Virus record (IMG/VR): IMGVR_UViG_3300020473_000015
DNA from: a virus
Length of the DNA stretch: 64,000 nt
Direction: 5' to 3' (one strand)
Shown here: one piece after another, positions 19,401 to 29,488 of the stretch
Position numbering within the stretch: position 1 is the first letter of the stretch
Layout of the letters: each line of letters begins with the position of its first letter
Position numbers and translations under genes: made by a program
The notes under the pieces: model-generated
Database searches by the model: none
Seen by the model: only the letters and a program-made list of their open reading frames with translations
What the model was told of the DNA's origin: nothing

Positions 19401-20518
19401 TTCCTGTTGCTTATGATGAGGAAGGCAATGCCTTCAACCATAAAGGTGAACAATTATCCGACTCTTTTGATCTGGAAAAACCTCAATTAAAGTGTGATAA
19501 AGGGCAACTTGACAAGCACAGGCCAAAAACAAAGCCCCCCACAAAAGATGAAGATTGTAGAAAAAAATGTAAAGAAGAGTTAACAACTGGCGCCACAGGC
19601 ACAACGCCCAAGGAAACGAAAGGTGATGTTAATTGTGAAACAAATCCTCTAGGGTTGCTAGACTATGGAAGAAAGAGCGATTTTAATAAGGGCTTAAAAA
19701 TAACTGCAGCCACGACCCCCAAAAGTTGGGGTAAACCAATAATTGGAAGATTTATAAAAAATGTTCTAGAAAACGAAATTTGGACTAGTTTAAACGAGCA
19801 AAACGCCCAATATCCACAAAAAGATGGAAAGACATTACAATGGATTATTAGAGATATATCACCAAAATGGGCCAACGGCATTGATATGATACGTGGACAT
19901 GGATCACATAGAGAGGGAATTGATTTTGACATGAATTTGCCTGTCGACTGGGTGAATTCAAAACCAGGAACAAAACAGCCCAAGAGATTTCAGGAACATA
20001 CCGTCAAGGGCGATATTCGTGTAGATTATGATAAATGTATTGCTATGGCGCTATTAACCATCAAACAGCCCGGAATGGCAAATTCAATGTGTTTATGCGG
20101 AGTTAAATCTGTAGAAGGCAAACAAACGCCGCAATGGTATTTTAAAAAATATATTTTACGAAGATGTGATGAGATTATTAACGGAGTTTATGACCAATCT
20201 ATAGAAAGCGGAGGTAGTGGAATGTTACGAGAACCTAATCCAGCATTTAAGAGCTTGTTTTCAGGATTCAATGAGACAACAAAGAAAAAGATTAATAGTT
20301 TTTTCCTTTCTGAGCCTAATCACGAGGATCATTTCCACTTCAGGCTTGGCACTAAAACAGGGAGTCACCAGAAAAAATGGCCCGATAAAGCACTAGAACA
20401 ACTTAAGAACAATGGCTGCGACTATAAAGGGCCACACCCTAAATCTAGGCTGAAGTGGCGAGAGTACGTCGCGCAGCATGGTTATGAGAAACAATCATCA
20501 TTTAAAAGTAAAAAATAA
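16481..20518 (+). CDS. Gp5/VgrG-like baseplate hub-associated protein: N-terminal OB-fold-like region, two alpha/beta-hydrolase-like repeats, C-terminal MepA-like (LAS) murein endopeptidase
   Basis: YKIRVPE...PGDLVRVVF (OB-like). Repeats TFIFMPKG..IYFFHD and TAIVVPQG..IFYFHG..KSFSGG..YFDSLY. MepA-like WGKP..IRDIS..GHGSHREGIDFD..HEDHFHFRL. Confidence 0.7.
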   Translation: MGYDVLNLPPGYLNEFDVDDVDQESIDFQSESPQSILQRIKDKVFSTNKFKNSHSLIGILLRADNKYSGPDCTAQDLAIQGTLKPGKKKYRLDTYKIRVPELHFMLAVPRNLKKPDKNDKLIIDSYPTIQAIDTRVQKFGVSPGDLVRVVFGNAGSMTRIYYAGPLDPGNVGITARQYKDCVDPCIKKYRGGGSTGDCIGKNINLAALDKATPLATGQGHTKDEIINESGSSWLEEILKDNANAFPGLKYISKFSGNGHDDNVEMKDGVGRNTFIFMPKGVDPKQNLEIIYFFHDNNKFSPNSDTEWKKMGTTFTKMVKKDKKFNGGRRNIIFVVPEMLWSAEKMSKPGIGYKRIQSQSSAYRGEKLARYKDRHCHAWGLKQPVWADNHKLFVGGYEGKEPKGKGDFKQFVTEVNKVLKEKFNVDQAKVQKITLAAERYGGAAISNLARNGLLGSSGPLGDKLGKIQLFHADYSGHENNHYHDNDLLDIVSNVNTKNVEIEVHLSSDGTNLASELPRKAFAAFLGKISSLTQEWISDNSENLSDTSKAVIDLLDEYKGQLNFIGKPTTQNVQSLKEQYNAGREFIKSNKNRTLRLSGPWAFVIFRGVAAKPSIDWISWLEDTNVPTAIASSEITKEKKNVIVLENSKFTDQDKKAFSKFKGKVLLYNSKWGADDTAQLKGKTAIVVPQGANLSEPYELIFYFHGITKGKPSPTNWRSHADGFHTAIQAQLNKMVTVQKRNVVYVTTQHNAHTEMKAEKATFGKENQHSQDFKTFLKDVVEKIKGKDNVSPQEGLGGSANPEFITLKSFSGGYYPVRAIVSAMTNNKIAGHTLQRIDYFDSLYGPKAYKDVFEKIFVDQKSSFNPGVDFEMQVYAHDTSTTADPNAGKGTWQYVKQFYKKDGCGKFNGCAEIKDGEVEAKLSKLDGLYLEQQKSNHKYGIVNKFAAKSLLDASKTPKFNPIKPKSAAETIKAADIPVAYDEEGNAFNHKGEQLSDSFDLEKPQLKCDKGQLDKHRPKTKPPTKDEDCRKKCKEELTTGATGTTPKETKGDVNCETNPLGLLDYGRKSDFNKGLKITAATTPKSWGKPIIGRFIKNVLENEIWTSLNEQNAQYPQKDGKTLQWIIRDISPKWANGIDMIRGHGSHREGIDFDMNLPVDWVNSKPGTKQPKRFQEHTVKGDIRVDYDKCIAMALLTIKQPGMANSMCLCGVKSVEGKQTPQWYFKKYILRRCDEIINGVYDQSIESGGSGMLREPNPAFKSLFSGFNETTKKKINSFFLSEPNHEDHFHFRLGTKTGSHQKKWPDKALEQLKNNGCDYKGPHPKSRLKWREYVAQHGYEKQSSFKSKK

Positions 20519-20540
20519 TAATGGTATAAGGAGATTATAG

Positions 20541-21536
20541 ATGAGAGGACCACTTAGAAATCCTAAATTGGCTGGAGAAACAAAGGGCAGAAATTACGAT
20601 AAAGATGAGTTGGTATATCACATGGGTATCGACGGCGATCCAAATTATTATTATACTCCTGAATTAAATAAGCCACCATTTGGAGAGGTAAATCTGGAAG
20701 GAGTTTACGGCTCTGGTGTCCGTACTGGACCCGATAGAATGAATGAGCGAACTGATCCCTCTACTGGCGAACAGTCTCAATTTGGCGGCGGCTTTGGCGC
20801 CGTTGGCGCATATGGTTGCTCCGCGGTGGATATATATGCAGGATTGGCATCTCACCACACAGCGAGAGGAAAAGTACCAGAGACCCCAGTTAATCCAAGT
20901 TCAGAAAAAGACGCTGCCAGGGTTTATGTTTCTCAAATGTGTGATGTAGATGATATGTTTGGTTTTCCAGATGGAAATCTCGGAAATATAAAATCAAAAT
21001 CTGCAGTGGTTGCCAAGGCAGATCAAATACGAATAGAAGGTAGAGAAGGTGTTAAAATTGTTTCAGGGGTTGACATTAAAAACTCTAAAGACGAATATAT
21101 TAGATCGGTACCGCCTATTAATCTGATTGCAGGTGGAAATGTTGGAGAGGATAAAATGCACCCAATCCCAAAGGGCAACAATTTGCTTACAGCGCTAGAT
21201 GATATTGTCGACAATATTAATGAATTGAGTGCTATTTTAGATAATTTTTTAATGTTTCAGCATAAGTTTAATACTGCATTGATGTCCCACAAGCATCCTT
21301 CTCCGACTGCTATAGGCATCTCACAAGCCGCGGTAGGCACCCCTACTGCTCTGTGCGGAGGTCAGACGCTAATATCTATGGATTGCGCCGCAGCCGGTTT
21401 CAATGCGCTTGTTAGCGGCTTGTCATGCAAGAAGGATTTAATGCTGCACACAATGCGAAACCAAGGAGTGAAGGTCAGTAGACTTGCTAGATATAGCAAC
21501 AAATTTATTAATAGTAGAAGCGTTTATACAAGTTAA
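20541..21536 (+). CDS. Baseplate central spike, gp5 C-terminal-like, with HxH apex motif
   Basis: DAARVYVSQ..KSAVVAKADQIRIEGREGVKIVSG beta-strand repeats, then a helix ending SHKHP; AAGGAG SD. Confidence 0.6.
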   Translation: MRGPLRNPKLAGETKGRNYDKDELVYHMGIDGDPNYYYTPELNKPPFGEVNLEGVYGSGVRTGPDRMNERTDPSTGEQSQFGGGFGAVGAYGCSAVDIYAGLASHHTARGKVPETPVNPSSEKDAARVYVSQMCDVDDMFGFPDGNLGNIKSKSAVVAKADQIRIEGREGVKIVSGVDIKNSKDEYIRSVPPINLIAGGNVGEDKMHPIPKGNNLLTALDDIVDNINELSAILDNFLMFQHKFNTALMSHKHPSPTAIGISQAAVGTPTALCGGQTLISMDCAAAGFNALVSGLSCKKDLMLHTMRNQGVKVSRLARYSNKFINSRSVYTS

Positions 21537-21553
21537 AAAGAAAGAGGCTTAAA

Positions 21554-24500
21554 ATGGCAATTGGCAAATTAGAAAAAGAAATTGAAAAAATATGGAATAG
21601 ATTAAAAGACGAACCAGAAAAAGGCTGGGTTAAATCTGAAAAGAAATATTTTCAAGACAAGGCTGCAGAAACAATCTACAATCCAGATTTAGCTACTTTT
21701 ACAGCCAGCAGTCTCGATATAATAGATAAAAATTGGCCAAAGGAAGGTTGGCCAACTCAGGTGAGTAAATTAAAAAGCTATTATGGAATAGGCCCTTCTG
21801 TGTCAAAAAGCACGCGTGGCACCAATGCAAACGAAAATAGAAATATGGGAGAAAAGCAACATTGGTGGGAAAAAACTAATGCACACATATCAGAAGATAA
21901 TAAATATTATGTAGTACCAGTATTATTTAAAAACATTACTAGTAATAAACACTTAATTGATTACAAAGGTCCCGATGGAAAATATAAAATTGGCTCTCCA
22001 TCGGAAGAAGGAACGCTACTACACAAAGAAACAGAATTTAGTGATTTGTGTAAAAAAGTGGCGCTTAAAAAATTAAAAAAAGATTTACACAAAGCAATGT
22101 CCAATAAACAAATTGAAGATTGGTACAAACAATATGCAATAATACCATCTGACATTAATGTGCCAAGATCTGTCAACCCTCAAACAAATCAGCCCGATAT
22201 AGTTACAATAACAAATTCTTGGCGAATCGTCCCTAGAAAGCCGGAATATCAAAACTTATTTGTTAAAGTTTTATTTGATAAGGGCTGGGTAGATTCACTG
22301 CCCCCTGAAGTCGACCCAACCATAGATTATGCAAATACAAATAGAGAAGTGTTGATATTATTAAAAGATTTAAAACAATATCTTACAAATATGACAACCA
22401 TCTTATATCATTTTGACACACAGATGCACAATGCATGGATAGAGAACGGCGTAGAAAGCTCTTTCCAAGGAAAATGTGTTAGTGAACAAATTGGTAAAAT
22501 ATATGGCATATTAAGTGACCTTATGGTTAAAAATGGAAAAGCACCTTTAGAGCCGGTATTTGTTTCAAAGAGCTTGGACATGTCTGAAAACGGTGCCTTT
22601 CAATTTGGCTTTACAAAAGATTACGATCTCCAATATATAGCTTTTAGTGATGTTGCGGATTGTCTTTGCGAAGAAGATGTGAACATGAATGCATATGCCC
22701 TTAGAGAAGGCCTCTTAGAAATGAAGATGGCTGGCCCATTTGCAAACAGAACAGTTAATAATTTTATTCATAAATTACCAGATATTAATAGAAGATATTC
22801 AAAATATATAAAAGGTGTCGACAAAGTAAATAATGATTTGTTTGGAACGCAACAATCATATCTTAAGTTTATTAACACATATGTTTATCCAACGCCTGAA
22901 ACAAGCTTTCAAGGCGCTGGCGAGGCAACAAATTTTGAAAAAATGTGGCTTGGTACAATGGCTACGTTTGATGAGTTAAAAAATCCACTTTGGAAAGATG
23001 CCCTTTTTACTGGAAAATATGTAAAAGATCCCCTTCAGCTTATGAGCCCAGAGGTTAAAAACATGATTGTTGGTGCGTCAAATGCCACATATATAACCAC
23101 TGGCGATTCTGTAATGATGAAGGCACTAACGGATGATTTAAAATCAATAACGGCTTTATATGATAAATTGCTGCATAAAATACCGATATCCGAACTTTTA
23201 AAAGTGGCCGGAAAAATGATTTTTCAATGTCTAGGTCCAGACGTCAAACGAAAAATATGTAAGGTAATATTAAAGACCATTCCCATAGGTGAATTAAGGA
23301 TGGTTCTTTATCCGTGCCTTCGAAATGTTGAAAATGGAGATCTTGCAATTGCAAAATTAGAAGAAATGGTCACAGGTCGCACCGGAGAAGTTTACAAGAT
23401 CGCATCATCTAGATATCCAGATAAATTCCCTGCCAATGCTGATCAATGGACACAAGCCCAAGCGCTAGCATCCATGACTTCAATGTATTGTTCTGATCCC
23501 TATATGCAAAAAAAGCTTGGAAGATCTCCCGACGACTTTAATGATGAGTTGGCTGCTTGGGCTGATACCGAAGCTACAGATGCCATTTGCAGCTGCGTGA
23601 TACAACTATATGGGCCTATTGGTGAAATATTAGAGCAAGCGCAAGAGGTCGCAGACGATGTTATTGATGGGATGATGTCTTCTTCTAAGAAAAAGGCATA
23701 TAATCTAGAAAGAGAAGCAACTTTAGCTATAGATAGAATGTTGAATCCCATTAAACGTTATTTAGATGGCGGTAATATGATGAAAGATCTTGCTGATGCG
23801 TTTGTAAAGGGCCTTCAAGACATGGCTATGTCTCTTGTTTATGCAACTGTCATGGTGCTAATAAAATATGTTAAGGATCAAGTACTTGGTAGCTTAACTA
23901 GAGATTTGTGTAATTCTCCAAACGGTTCTCCTTTTGGATTTACAGGCCCAGGCGATTGGCTGAGAAACTCTACAATCTATAAAGATAAGGATCAACAGCA
24001 AGTTTGGGATGTTATGAAGAATTTTGAGGCAAAACATTTTTTCAATGCTGATATTCAAGGCGCCTTTGACACTAGCCGTTGGGACAAACTATCTTTTGCG
24101 TTTTCACCAAGCGAGTTTAAAAGAATGTTTGCAAATCCTTGCGCAGACACATCTTTTACTAAAGAACTTGAAATTGTTTCTGATATTTTCACACCAGACA
24201 AAACTAAAGCGGAAATGGAAGAAAACTTTCCAGGAGAATCAGTTGATGCAATTGCTGCACAAGTTGGTTACGATCCAACAAGAAAAAATCAATTTTACAA
24301 TCATGACGGTACAACAGTCAATTTAGAGGGACTCATTACTACAAACCAAGCACGCGATTTTATGGTTGAGGTTGGCTCCCATATTGATCCAAACATAATT
24401 GAGGATGCACAAGCACAATATCATCAGTATTCTAATGCATGGGCTGAATTGTGCTTGCCGGGAATTCCGGAAGAATTGTCAAAAACGATTGACCCAGAAG

Positions 24501-27500
24501 ATATTAAGAAGATAATACTTTCAGATGAAGAAGATTTAGGAAAAGATTTTGAAAAAATTATGGCACTCCTAGAGCCCGAGATGATGAAAAATAAATATCC
24601 TCCTTTATTTTGTGGCCCCTGCGCACCAAATCAAGTTGGAATGAAGCCGATAATGGATAGCCAAACTCACCCATCACAACTGTTTATGCATCAGAGATTA
24701 AATGATCATACATATCAAATAATTGATGATGTTTTTAATAACAATTTATCTGCTTACAAGCCAATCATTAATGAAGTTGGAGATATGGGAATTATTAATA
24801 CTTTGATTAGTAAAATTCCATCTAATGAAGAAATAGATCCAAAACAAGCAGCTAGTAAATATGGTGAATTTTTTGGTGATATGCTTCAATCTGTAGGAAC
24901 TGACCCTAAATATCAAAACACTCCCAACAAAAGCGTTGCAGAAAAACTTAAAAACACTATATCAAAAATTACAGCTGATAATAACTTTTTAGGACAGATA
25001 TACACTTATAATCCCGATAAAGGTATTGCTGTTTTTAATTATGATATACCTAACTCCTCTATTGAATTATTCCTAGTTATCAATCTTTCTAATGAGTCTT
25101 ATAATTTTAGAGGCGACGTTACTATTACGCCCCCGCAGATTAAACTTATTTCTTATAACGCTGGGATGAAAGAATATTCGTTCCCTCATGATGATGCTCC
25201 CATGGAAGATTATAATGAGGATGATGTTGGATTTGAGCTTTTCGATTATTGGACCGAGAATCCTTCCGGAAATCAAAGTGAAATAGTGCCAACTATGATG
25301 GCTAAGGGGCTGCTTGAGGGAACATCCCAGTCTATTTTTAATGCCGTATATCCACTTGCTGTGAGTTTAATGTTGGAAACGGTTTGGAATAATACGACAC
25401 ATAATGAATTGTTTTTATCTAAAAACTTCAATGCGATGCCACTGACTAACGAAGAAGTTAAAAGCAAGTGCGCTGAGACTAGCATTACGCCCTTATTAGA
25501 CCCAGAAGGAACTAAGCAGGATATAGATGATATGCGAAAAGTTTTGGAGTGTGTCACCAGCATGTTTGCTAAACCTGATGCTCTTCAAATTGCTAATTTA
25601 TTTGGCCTGTATAAATCATTAATAAAGGTTTGTGTTACTGAAGAAATTCTTAAAGTATTTTTTATGTACTCTTTTGCAAAGTTAAGTGACATCATTGAAA
25701 GTGATCATTATATGCGATTGTTGGTAGATAATGTTAAAAATTCAGTTGAGAGTGTAATGGCTTCAGGCTTTGAGGAGCTTAAAGAATATTGTTCTAAGTT
25801 AGTTAATGCTAGGTTAAAATTGGTAGATGAGAGCGAGCTAGAAAACAAAACAGAACAAGAGAAAGCAGAGTTCTTAAGAACTAAAGATCCTGATGAAAGC
25901 TTGAATATGATTATCACAGAATGTGCACTAGAAGTAGATAAATTATTCGATACTAGAGTAAAAGATCATATTAATGATGAGTGGAAGAATTTGTTTATGA
26001 GTTTGGATGACATCGATAGCAAAGATCCTCAATCTTACCTCAAAAATAACCTTTTTCAGTATGCTATTAATCCGCGAATGATGATGGATAGCAAATATCC
26101 TGCTAGAAAATACATTTATTCTAATGGCAACGGCCCAGCCACACTTGGATATCAACTAGAATCTGGAAAGCTGCCATCATTTGAATTGGCCTCTGATAAT
26201 TTGGACGCCTATCATTACGGGTATCCTGAACAAATATATCGCCCACTTCCAGTTAATACATTCGGCGGCCTATATTTTGAGCCATATGTACGAATGACTT
26301 CAAAACTCGAAATCAATGATTATCAAGCGCACCCTGCAGGGTCAGGCGAAAATGTTCCTAAAGATAACATGCTTACCATATGGCAAGACGGGGAAGCAGT
26401 TCAAGTTGTGGAAAAAGTTAGTTCTATATTATCAGAGAGCGAACAGGCATATTTTAAAATATTTTGGTCCCGCTTTAAATCAGCATATGCTCATTGGGAT
26501 AAAGCAACATTTCGAGACACACTGGATACCAATATTAAAGAAGCGTCGTCCCACAGTGGTGAAAGGGAGGTGTTTGATAATTTAAATTCTAATGGTCAAA
26601 CTAAAGATCTTTGGCTTCGCAATACTGATGTTGGTTCTAATCAGCAAGATCCAAATGCTAGTTGGCCGCGCGGCGCCGGAACTGCGTTTTATCAAACAAA
26701 ACATGGCATTGGCGACACAGAAACTGTAAAACACATACATCAATTTCTTGGATCACTTATAGATAAAATAGATGCTGAAATGCACGATCATAACGTTTTG
26801 GTTTTCTGGCGAGCGGACGACACTAGATCAACTTTCTTGGAATTTTTTGACCTGTTTTTTTCTGTTTGCAATATTCTTGGTACGCCATACGATGTAGCAC
26901 CAGACGACGAATCTAAGGCCCATGGTTTGAAAAATTCTATGAAGGCTTATATTGATCAAAGATCTATTTTTACAAATATTGTAAGTTCTTATAAATTTAA
27001 TCATCCTTCTCCGGACACTACAAATTCATACGCAGGGAAAGGAACATTTGGTTACGCGAACATCACAGGAGATGAAGGCTGGGCAGATGCATATTATTAT
27101 TGGCAACATTATCCATACGGAGTGATTCCAAGCGCAAGAATACATTTTTTGAATAGAGGCGTTATTAATTTCAACACTTTTTATAAATCTTATTGGGGCC
27201 TAGCTAATAATTTTGAAAAAATGAAAAAGAACAATGCTACGCTTTCAAATGCGCGTGGAACAGATGATTACCAAAGTATATCAACAATTGACTTATTTGC
27301 CAATTCTAAAAATACGATATTTGGGATTGGCGACACAATAGATGCTGGCGTAGATATTCCGACATGGGAAAGCATATCCGATAGCGCAAAAGCCGAATGG
27401 CTTAAAAAGTATGAAGAAACAGGCAACGAAGAATATGCATTTAAAGCACAAGATGGCTACGGTTATTGGAAAGGTTCAGATTTTCTCAATAACTCAAATG

Positions 27501-29008
27501 TCAATTCTAAAGAGTTTATGATCTCCATACAAGATTTTTTGGTTAAGCACAAATTTCCAGACATGGAACTCCCGGATCTTTCACCCGACAACCCCAACGC
27601 CGTCATCACAGGGTCCTGGAAAAATATGCTTATTGATAATGCGCTATCAAAGAATGCCAAACAAATTTGTTCTTTTTACAATTGGCTTAGATCGATTTTT
27701 ATTGAATCTCCTTTTGATGAATGGTTTGATTTTAATCTTGGTATGAGGCTTAATTTGGTAATACCATATGAAGACAACACCAATTTGAAAGATTATGTGT
27801 CTCAATATATTAAAAATAACATTGATTCGCTAACTGGCTTCGACAATCTTCCTGATGAACTTAAAGAAGTCGCAAAAAATGATAGAAATTATAATCTAGA
27901 TAAAGTTTTTCTCCTCTCCCAACCGAAACCCGGTTCGCCCATTGAAGATATTTCTGGAATTCGTTGGCTGTGTTTGCCACTGGAAGTGGTTGAATATAAC
28001 TTAAGAGATTATTGGCAAGAAATACATGAAAAATATGGCGTCAGCGAAATCGGCAAAACTCGACCAGGACACATAATAGCTTCGAAAATTAAAGAGGCTG
28101 AGAAAAAAACGAATGGTAAATATGACTCTACTGTTCCAGATAGTCCATGGCACATAATTATGAAAAATATTGTAGAGTTGGGCTTCGGAAATATTCAGGA
28201 TCCTGGAGTTGGGTATAAATATGATTTCTGCCGCGGCGGCGATAAAGGTCTAGAGGTTGCTGGGGCCTTACAACAGAATTTTTTCAAAAATGTGCATGCA
28301 CCTATGAAAATAAACACTTCTTTCATGTCACCTCATAAAACGACTGAAAAATATTATGTATCAGATGTAGATGAGTCTAACATTATGCGCCCAACTTTAT
28401 GGTCTGCCTGTAGATTAATTCAAACTGCATTAGCACAAGGTCTACGTACAGGCGCCACAAGCTCTGAGCCAAACCCAATAAGAAAAGAAGTGCTTGATAG
28501 ATTAAAATTTGAATTACTCAATAAGGTAATAAAGGATAATAATAAATATTTAAATGAACTGTTACCAGTTGAGGAGGCTGTTTTTACAACAGCAATGGTG
28601 TATCGCTATTCTATTGTAAGCGCATATCCGTCGCTCCAAGACTTGTTTTTGCCAACAAAAAAATTAATTAATTCTTTTATTGTTCAAATGTTAAAGACAA
28701 TAGAAGGAGACTACACATATGTTAATGAAGTACTTGAGGGCATGGACTCTCAGGAAAAATTAAATACAAGTTCTCCATCACCAGATTCTATTGCTAAAAT
28801 ATTTTTTGAATTAATAGTTCAAATGGCTGCAAACACTGTCGATCCTACTTGGAAGACTCCTTGGTTTATGCCGGGACCATTAACTCCAATTGGCGCCATC
28901 GCAAAAGGTATTTCTATGGATTGGGGTAAAGATGGAAAAAAAGAAGAAAAGGAAACACTTGCAGGTGATGAGTGTGAAGATAAAGAGGCAGCAGAAACAG
29001 AAGCTTAG
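21554..29008 (+). CDS. Very large hypothetical virion-associated protein (2484 aa)
   Basis: Long intact ORF with GAGG SD between the spike and gp25 genes; no domain recognised. Confidence 0.85.
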   Translation: MAIGKLEKEIEKIWNRLKDEPEKGWVKSEKKYFQDKAAETIYNPDLATFTASSLDIIDKNWPKEGWPTQVSKLKSYYGIGPSVSKSTRGTNANENRNMGEKQHWWEKTNAHISEDNKYYVVPVLFKNITSNKHLIDYKGPDGKYKIGSPSEEGTLLHKETEFSDLCKKVALKKLKKDLHKAMSNKQIEDWYKQYAIIPSDINVPRSVNPQTNQPDIVTITNSWRIVPRKPEYQNLFVKVLFDKGWVDSLPPEVDPTIDYANTNREVLILLKDLKQYLTNMTTILYHFDTQMHNAWIENGVESSFQGKCVSEQIGKIYGILSDLMVKNGKAPLEPVFVSKSLDMSENGAFQFGFTKDYDLQYIAFSDVADCLCEEDVNMNAYALREGLLEMKMAGPFANRTVNNFIHKLPDINRRYSKYIKGVDKVNNDLFGTQQSYLKFINTYVYPTPETSFQGAGEATNFEKMWLGTMATFDELKNPLWKDALFTGKYVKDPLQLMSPEVKNMIVGASNATYITTGDSVMMKALTDDLKSITALYDKLLHKIPISELLKVAGKMIFQCLGPDVKRKICKVILKTIPIGELRMVLYPCLRNVENGDLAIAKLEEMVTGRTGEVYKIASSRYPDKFPANADQWTQAQALASMTSMYCSDPYMQKKLGRSPDDFNDELAAWADTEATDAICSCVIQLYGPIGEILEQAQEVADDVIDGMMSSSKKKAYNLEREATLAIDRMLNPIKRYLDGGNMMKDLADAFVKGLQDMAMSLVYATVMVLIKYVKDQVLGSLTRDLCNSPNGSPFGFTGPGDWLRNSTIYKDKDQQQVWDVMKNFEAKHFFNADIQGAFDTSRWDKLSFAFSPSEFKRMFANPCADTSFTKELEIVSDIFTPDKTKAEMEENFPGESVDAIAAQVGYDPTRKNQFYNHDGTTVNLEGLITTNQARDFMVEVGSHIDPNIIEDAQAQYHQYSNAWAELCLPGIPEELSKTIDPEDIKKIILSDEEDLGKDFEKIMALLEPEMMKNKYPPLFCGPCAPNQVGMKPIMDSQTHPSQLFMHQRLNDHTYQIIDDVFNNNLSAYKPIINEVGDMGIINTLISKIPSNEEIDPKQAASKYGEFFGDMLQSVGTDPKYQNTPNKSVAEKLKNTISKITADNNFLGQIYTYNPDKGIAVFNYDIPNSSIELFLVINLSNESYNFRGDVTITPPQIKLISYNAGMKEYSFPHDDAPMEDYNEDDVGFELFDYWTENPSGNQSEIVPTMMAKGLLEGTSQSIFNAVYPLAVSLMLETVWNNTTHNELFLSKNFNAMPLTNEEVKSKCAETSITPLLDPEGTKQDIDDMRKVLECVTSMFAKPDALQIANLFGLYKSLIKVCVTEEILKVFFMYSFAKLSDIIESDHYMRLLVDNVKNSVESVMASGFEELKEYCSKLVNARLKLVDESELENKTEQEKAEFLRTKDPDESLNMIITECALEVDKLFDTRVKDHINDEWKNLFMSLDDIDSKDPQSYLKNNLFQYAINPRMMMDSKYPARKYIYSNGNGPATLGYQLESGKLPSFELASDNLDAYHYGYPEQIYRPLPVNTFGGLYFEPYVRMTSKLEINDYQAHPAGSGENVPKDNMLTIWQDGEAVQVVEKVSSILSESEQAYFKIFWSRFKSAYAHWDKATFRDTLDTNIKEASSHSGEREVFDNLNSNGQTKDLWLRNTDVGSNQQDPNASWPRGAGTAFYQTKHGIGDTETVKHIHQFLGSLIDKIDAEMHDHNVLVFWRADDTRSTFLEFFDLFFSVCNILGTPYDVAPDDESKAHGLKNSMKAYIDQRSIFTNIVSSYKFNHPSPDTTNSYAGKGTFGYANITGDEGWADAYYYWQHYPYGVIPSARIHFLNRGVINFNTFYKSYWGLANNFEKMKKNNATLSNARGTDDYQSISTIDLFANSKNTIFGIGDTIDAGVDIPTWESISDSAKAEWLKKYEETGNEEYAFKAQDGYGYWKGSDFLNNSNVNSKEFMISIQDFLVKHKFPDMELPDLSPDNPNAVITGSWKNMLIDNALSKNAKQICSFYNWLRSIFIESPFDEWFDFNLGMRLNLVIPYEDNTNLKDYVSQYIKNNIDSLTGFDNLPDELKEVAKNDRNYNLDKVFLLSQPKPGSPIEDISGIRWLCLPLEVVEYNLRDYWQEIHEKYGVSEIGKTRPGHIIASKIKEAEKKTNGKYDSTVPDSPWHIIMKNIVELGFGNIQDPGVGYKYDFCRGGDKGLEVAGALQQNFFKNVHAPMKINTSFMSPHKTTEKYYVSDVDESNIMRPTLWSACRLIQTALAQGLRTGATSSEPNPIRKEVLDRLKFELLNKVIKDNNKYLNELLPVEEAVFTTAMVYRYSIVSAYPSLQDLFLPTKKLINSFIVQMLKTIEGDYTYVNEVLEGMDSQEKLNTSSPSPDSIAKIFFELIVQMAANTVDPTWKTPWFMPGPLTPIGAIAKGISMDWGKDGKKEEKETLAGDECEDKEAAETEA

Positions 29009-29058
29009 AAATATATTAATGAGGGTGGAGATTTTATAATAAAAATATATTTTTTATT

Positions 29059-29065
29059 CTAATTA
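29059..29065 (+). promoter_or_regulatory. Candidate phage late-promoter motif CTAATTA
   Basis: Intergenic; starts 26 nt before ATG 29085, just upstream of the AGGAG SD; recurs before other genes. Confidence 0.55.
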
Positions 29066-29084
29066 CATAAAAGGAGATTCAAAT

Positions 29085-29483
29085 ATGGCAACCGGTTATG
29101 CTCCAAAATTGCCCCTACAATATGATGAAATAGACGGCTTCTATAAAATGAACAAAACAGTGGGTGATGTTATTAAGCAAAATATTAAGATGGTTGTTTT
29201 AACATCTCCTGGTGAAAGGATGATGAACCCAGAGTTTGGAGTGGGATTGCGCAATTACTTATTTAACCCAGAGGCATCAGATGTTTTCGTAAATTTAAAA
29301 GATAGGATCAACCAACAATTAGAAAAGTATGTTCCTTATGCGAGAATAATAAACATACAAAGAATAAGTTTGCAAGATATTCCAGGGGAACCAGACCCAA
29401 CAAATTCAATGGGAGTACAGCTAATATATACAGTGCCAAATGCAGGGATAAGTGATTCGCTTACTATTACTTTTAAGAATTAA
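29085..29483 (+). CDS. GPW/gp25-family baseplate wedge / sheath-initiation protein
   Basis: KQNIKMVVLTSPGERMMNPEFGVGLRNYLF signature. Confidence 0.93.
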   Translation: MATGYAPKLPLQYDEIDGFYKMNKTVGDVIKQNIKMVVLTSPGERMMNPEFGVGLRNYLFNPEASDVFVNLKDRINQQLEKYVPYARIINIQRISLQDIPGEPDPTNSMGVQLIYTVPNAGISDSLTITFKN

Positions 29484-29488
29484 ATTAT

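Noticed and set aside
29085-29483. 'Lysozyme' annotation often attached to gp25
   Set aside because: The gp25 family is structural; no catalytic lysozyme motif is seen.
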